Assembly (NCBI RefSeq): GCF_963921235.1
Contig: NC_086120.1
Coordinates: forward strand, 11,470,001 to 11,534,000
Reading direction: 5' to 3'
DNA length: 64,000 nucleotides
Source of the DNA: Mobula hypostoma
Taxonomy: Eukaryota
Below, piece by piece: positions 62,430-64,000 of this stretch (its first letter is position 1; the number at the start of each line of letters is the position of its first letter). The notes beneath the pieces are model-generated. The model did no database searches, was not told the DNA's origin, and saw nothing but the letters and a program-made list of their open reading frames with translations. Both the position numbers and the translations under genes were made by a program.

Positions 62430-63050
62430 TTTTATCTATCCAGCATAGCCCAGCATCCTAACTTCTCCCCATAATCTTGCACGCTATGGCTTCCTATGGA
62501 ATTTGTTTCTACTTGTCCTATAGGTAAAGTGCTTCAGATTATGACTTCTCTATAAAACAAAAATCTGCTCATTTTCACAATGGTTTTTATTTTGTCAATC
62601 ATTTTCAATTGATGATTCCTATTCCAGGTGCCACTGGGAGTAGTTTCTTCTTGTTATCATGATCAAAGCCCCCCTTTGTTTTGACAGCCTGTTCTCCTTC
62701 CCACTCTCTGAAGCATACAACCCTAGCTACTCCACTCTCCCATAACATAAGTCTGTTATGTAGATCAGCATGCTGACAAGCTTTTCCTACACCTTTCTTA
62801 ACAGTGTAACAGTTTTCATGAGGTGTAGTGTTTAGAACTGCGCTCGGTAGTATAGCTGAGGTTTGTCCAGGGATCTCTGAAGTTCTAACATGTCTTCATT
62901 ATTACTGCATGAGTTACCTGCTCCTATTTACAGAGCACATCATTCAACTCTTCAACCTCTTCTCAAATTACCCTGGGGTTTGAATAACTATCCTGAGATA
63001 CGTCTATGTTGCACATCCTGAAATTATGCCATTTTGAGTCTGCTGCTTCG
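62430..63050 (-). mobile_element. Very old CR1 3' remnant
   Basis: Antisense remnants of LGQTSAILPSAVLN / VRKV*EKLVSML and 3' coding blocks. Confidence 0.45.
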
Positions 63051-63354
63051 TAGCCTAGCTATATAGCGTGAAGAATGACCTATTAACTTACTGATGTATT
63101 TAAGTGACTTTAGTTATGGGAGGCTGGAGGAGCTAGGTTTGTATACTTCAGAGAATGGAAGGGGAATAGGCTTAAAAAAGGTATTGATGGGGTAACAAGA
63201 AGAATCCACTCCCAATTGCACCTGGGATAGGAATATTCAATTGAAAGCGATTGACAAAAGAATTAATGTGAAAATGAGTGGTGGTTTACTTTGTAGAGAC
63301 CTACCATATCCCTGTTTGCCCATTTACAATTCCTGATTTAGAATCACTGAGTAA

Positions 63355-63620
63355 TTGAGCTATAGAGCACAGAAAGAGGCCCTTCAGACAAACTTGTCTA
63401 TGCCGACCAAGTTGTATATTTATTCTCCCTTCATTCCCGTGCATTCACTTACACAGTAAGGAGCATTTACAATGACTCTTTTGGGATGTGGAAGGAAACC
63501 TTTGTACCCAGAAGAACATGCGAGCTCCATACAGACAGAACCCAAGGTCAGGACCAAACCTGAATCACTGGAGTTGTGAGGCAGCACCTCTATAAGCTGT
63601 ATCACTGTATCCTTCCTTAC
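63355..63620 (-). mobile_element. V-SINE (HE1-like)
   Basis: TTTGGGATGTGGAAGGAAACC..CTCCATACAGACAG..AGGTCAGGA..CTGGAGTTGTGAGGCAGCA is the reverse complement of the SINE head and core. Confidence 0.7.
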
Positions 63621-63636
63621 TGTTCCCCTCACTTAC

Positions 63637-64000
63637 AACACGCACAAAATGCTGGAGGAACTCAGCAGGTCAGGCAGCATCTATGGAAATGAGTGAAGAG
63701 TCAACGTTTCTGGCCGAGACCCTTCATCAGGTCTGGAAAGGGAAGGGGGAACATCCCAGAATCAGAAGGTGGGGGAGGGAAAGGAGGACAAGCTAGAAGG
63801 TGATTGGTGAAAGCAGGTTTCTGGGGAGGGGTGTGAAGTAAGAAGCTGGGAGGTAATACTTGGAAAAGACAAAGGGTTGATAGGTGAGAGAAAAGGAAAG
63901 GAGGAACGGCACCAGGGGGAAGTGGTGGGCAGTTGAGGAGAAGAGATAAAAGGCCATAATGGGGAAATGAAGAAGAGGAAAGGGGGAGAAAAGAAATACC
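63637..64000 (-). mobile_element. PLE 3' region / pseudo-LTR, runs off the window end
   Basis: Reverse complement of the 1-303 element: AAAATGCTGGAGGAACTCAGCAGGTCAGGCAGCATCTATGG..CCTTCATCAGG followed by a purine-rich tract. Confidence 0.8.
63699..63734 (-). ncRNA. Hammerhead ribozyme motif, partly decayed
   Basis: Minus strand AGAC CTGATGA AGGGTCTCGGCCA GAAA CGTT GACT: core intact, triplet GUU, stem I and stem II each with a mismatch. Confidence 0.5.

Overview
This is repeat-dense, non-coding vertebrate DNA (intergenic or deep intronic). It most likely comes from a cartilaginous fish, probably a ray; this is inferred from the HE1-like V-SINEs and the CR1, Rex1/Babar and Penelope repeat mix. 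I found no supportable host protein-coding exon, and the recognisable ORFs in the track are fragments of decayed transposable elements or their antisense shadows. Main contents: (1) many CR1 and Rex1/Babar LINE fragments, including a near full-length CR1 at 57.4-61.6 kb with 110-bp 5' monomers, a zinc-finger/esterase ORF1 and APE-RT ORF2; (2) a decayed Ty3/Gypsy chromovirus (33.7-40.9 kb) with a Tf1/sushi-type self-priming PBS and two nested insertions; (3) solo or truncated LTRs, one followed by a tRNA-Pro PBS; (4) an IR/DR DD34E Tc1 relic; (5) SINEs and a hAT MITE; (6) a Penelope-like (GIY-YIG) family. The Penelope termini carry a minimal type I hammerhead ribozyme motif, intact at 171-206 and decayed in several other copies, including a roughly 125-bp insertion that starts exactly at the ribozyme and fold-back mini-elements. 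A few TE-free islands are dense in homeodomain, Sox or ETS motifs and are candidate enhancers. Element boundaries were read by eye and are approximate unless a terminus or TSD is quoted.
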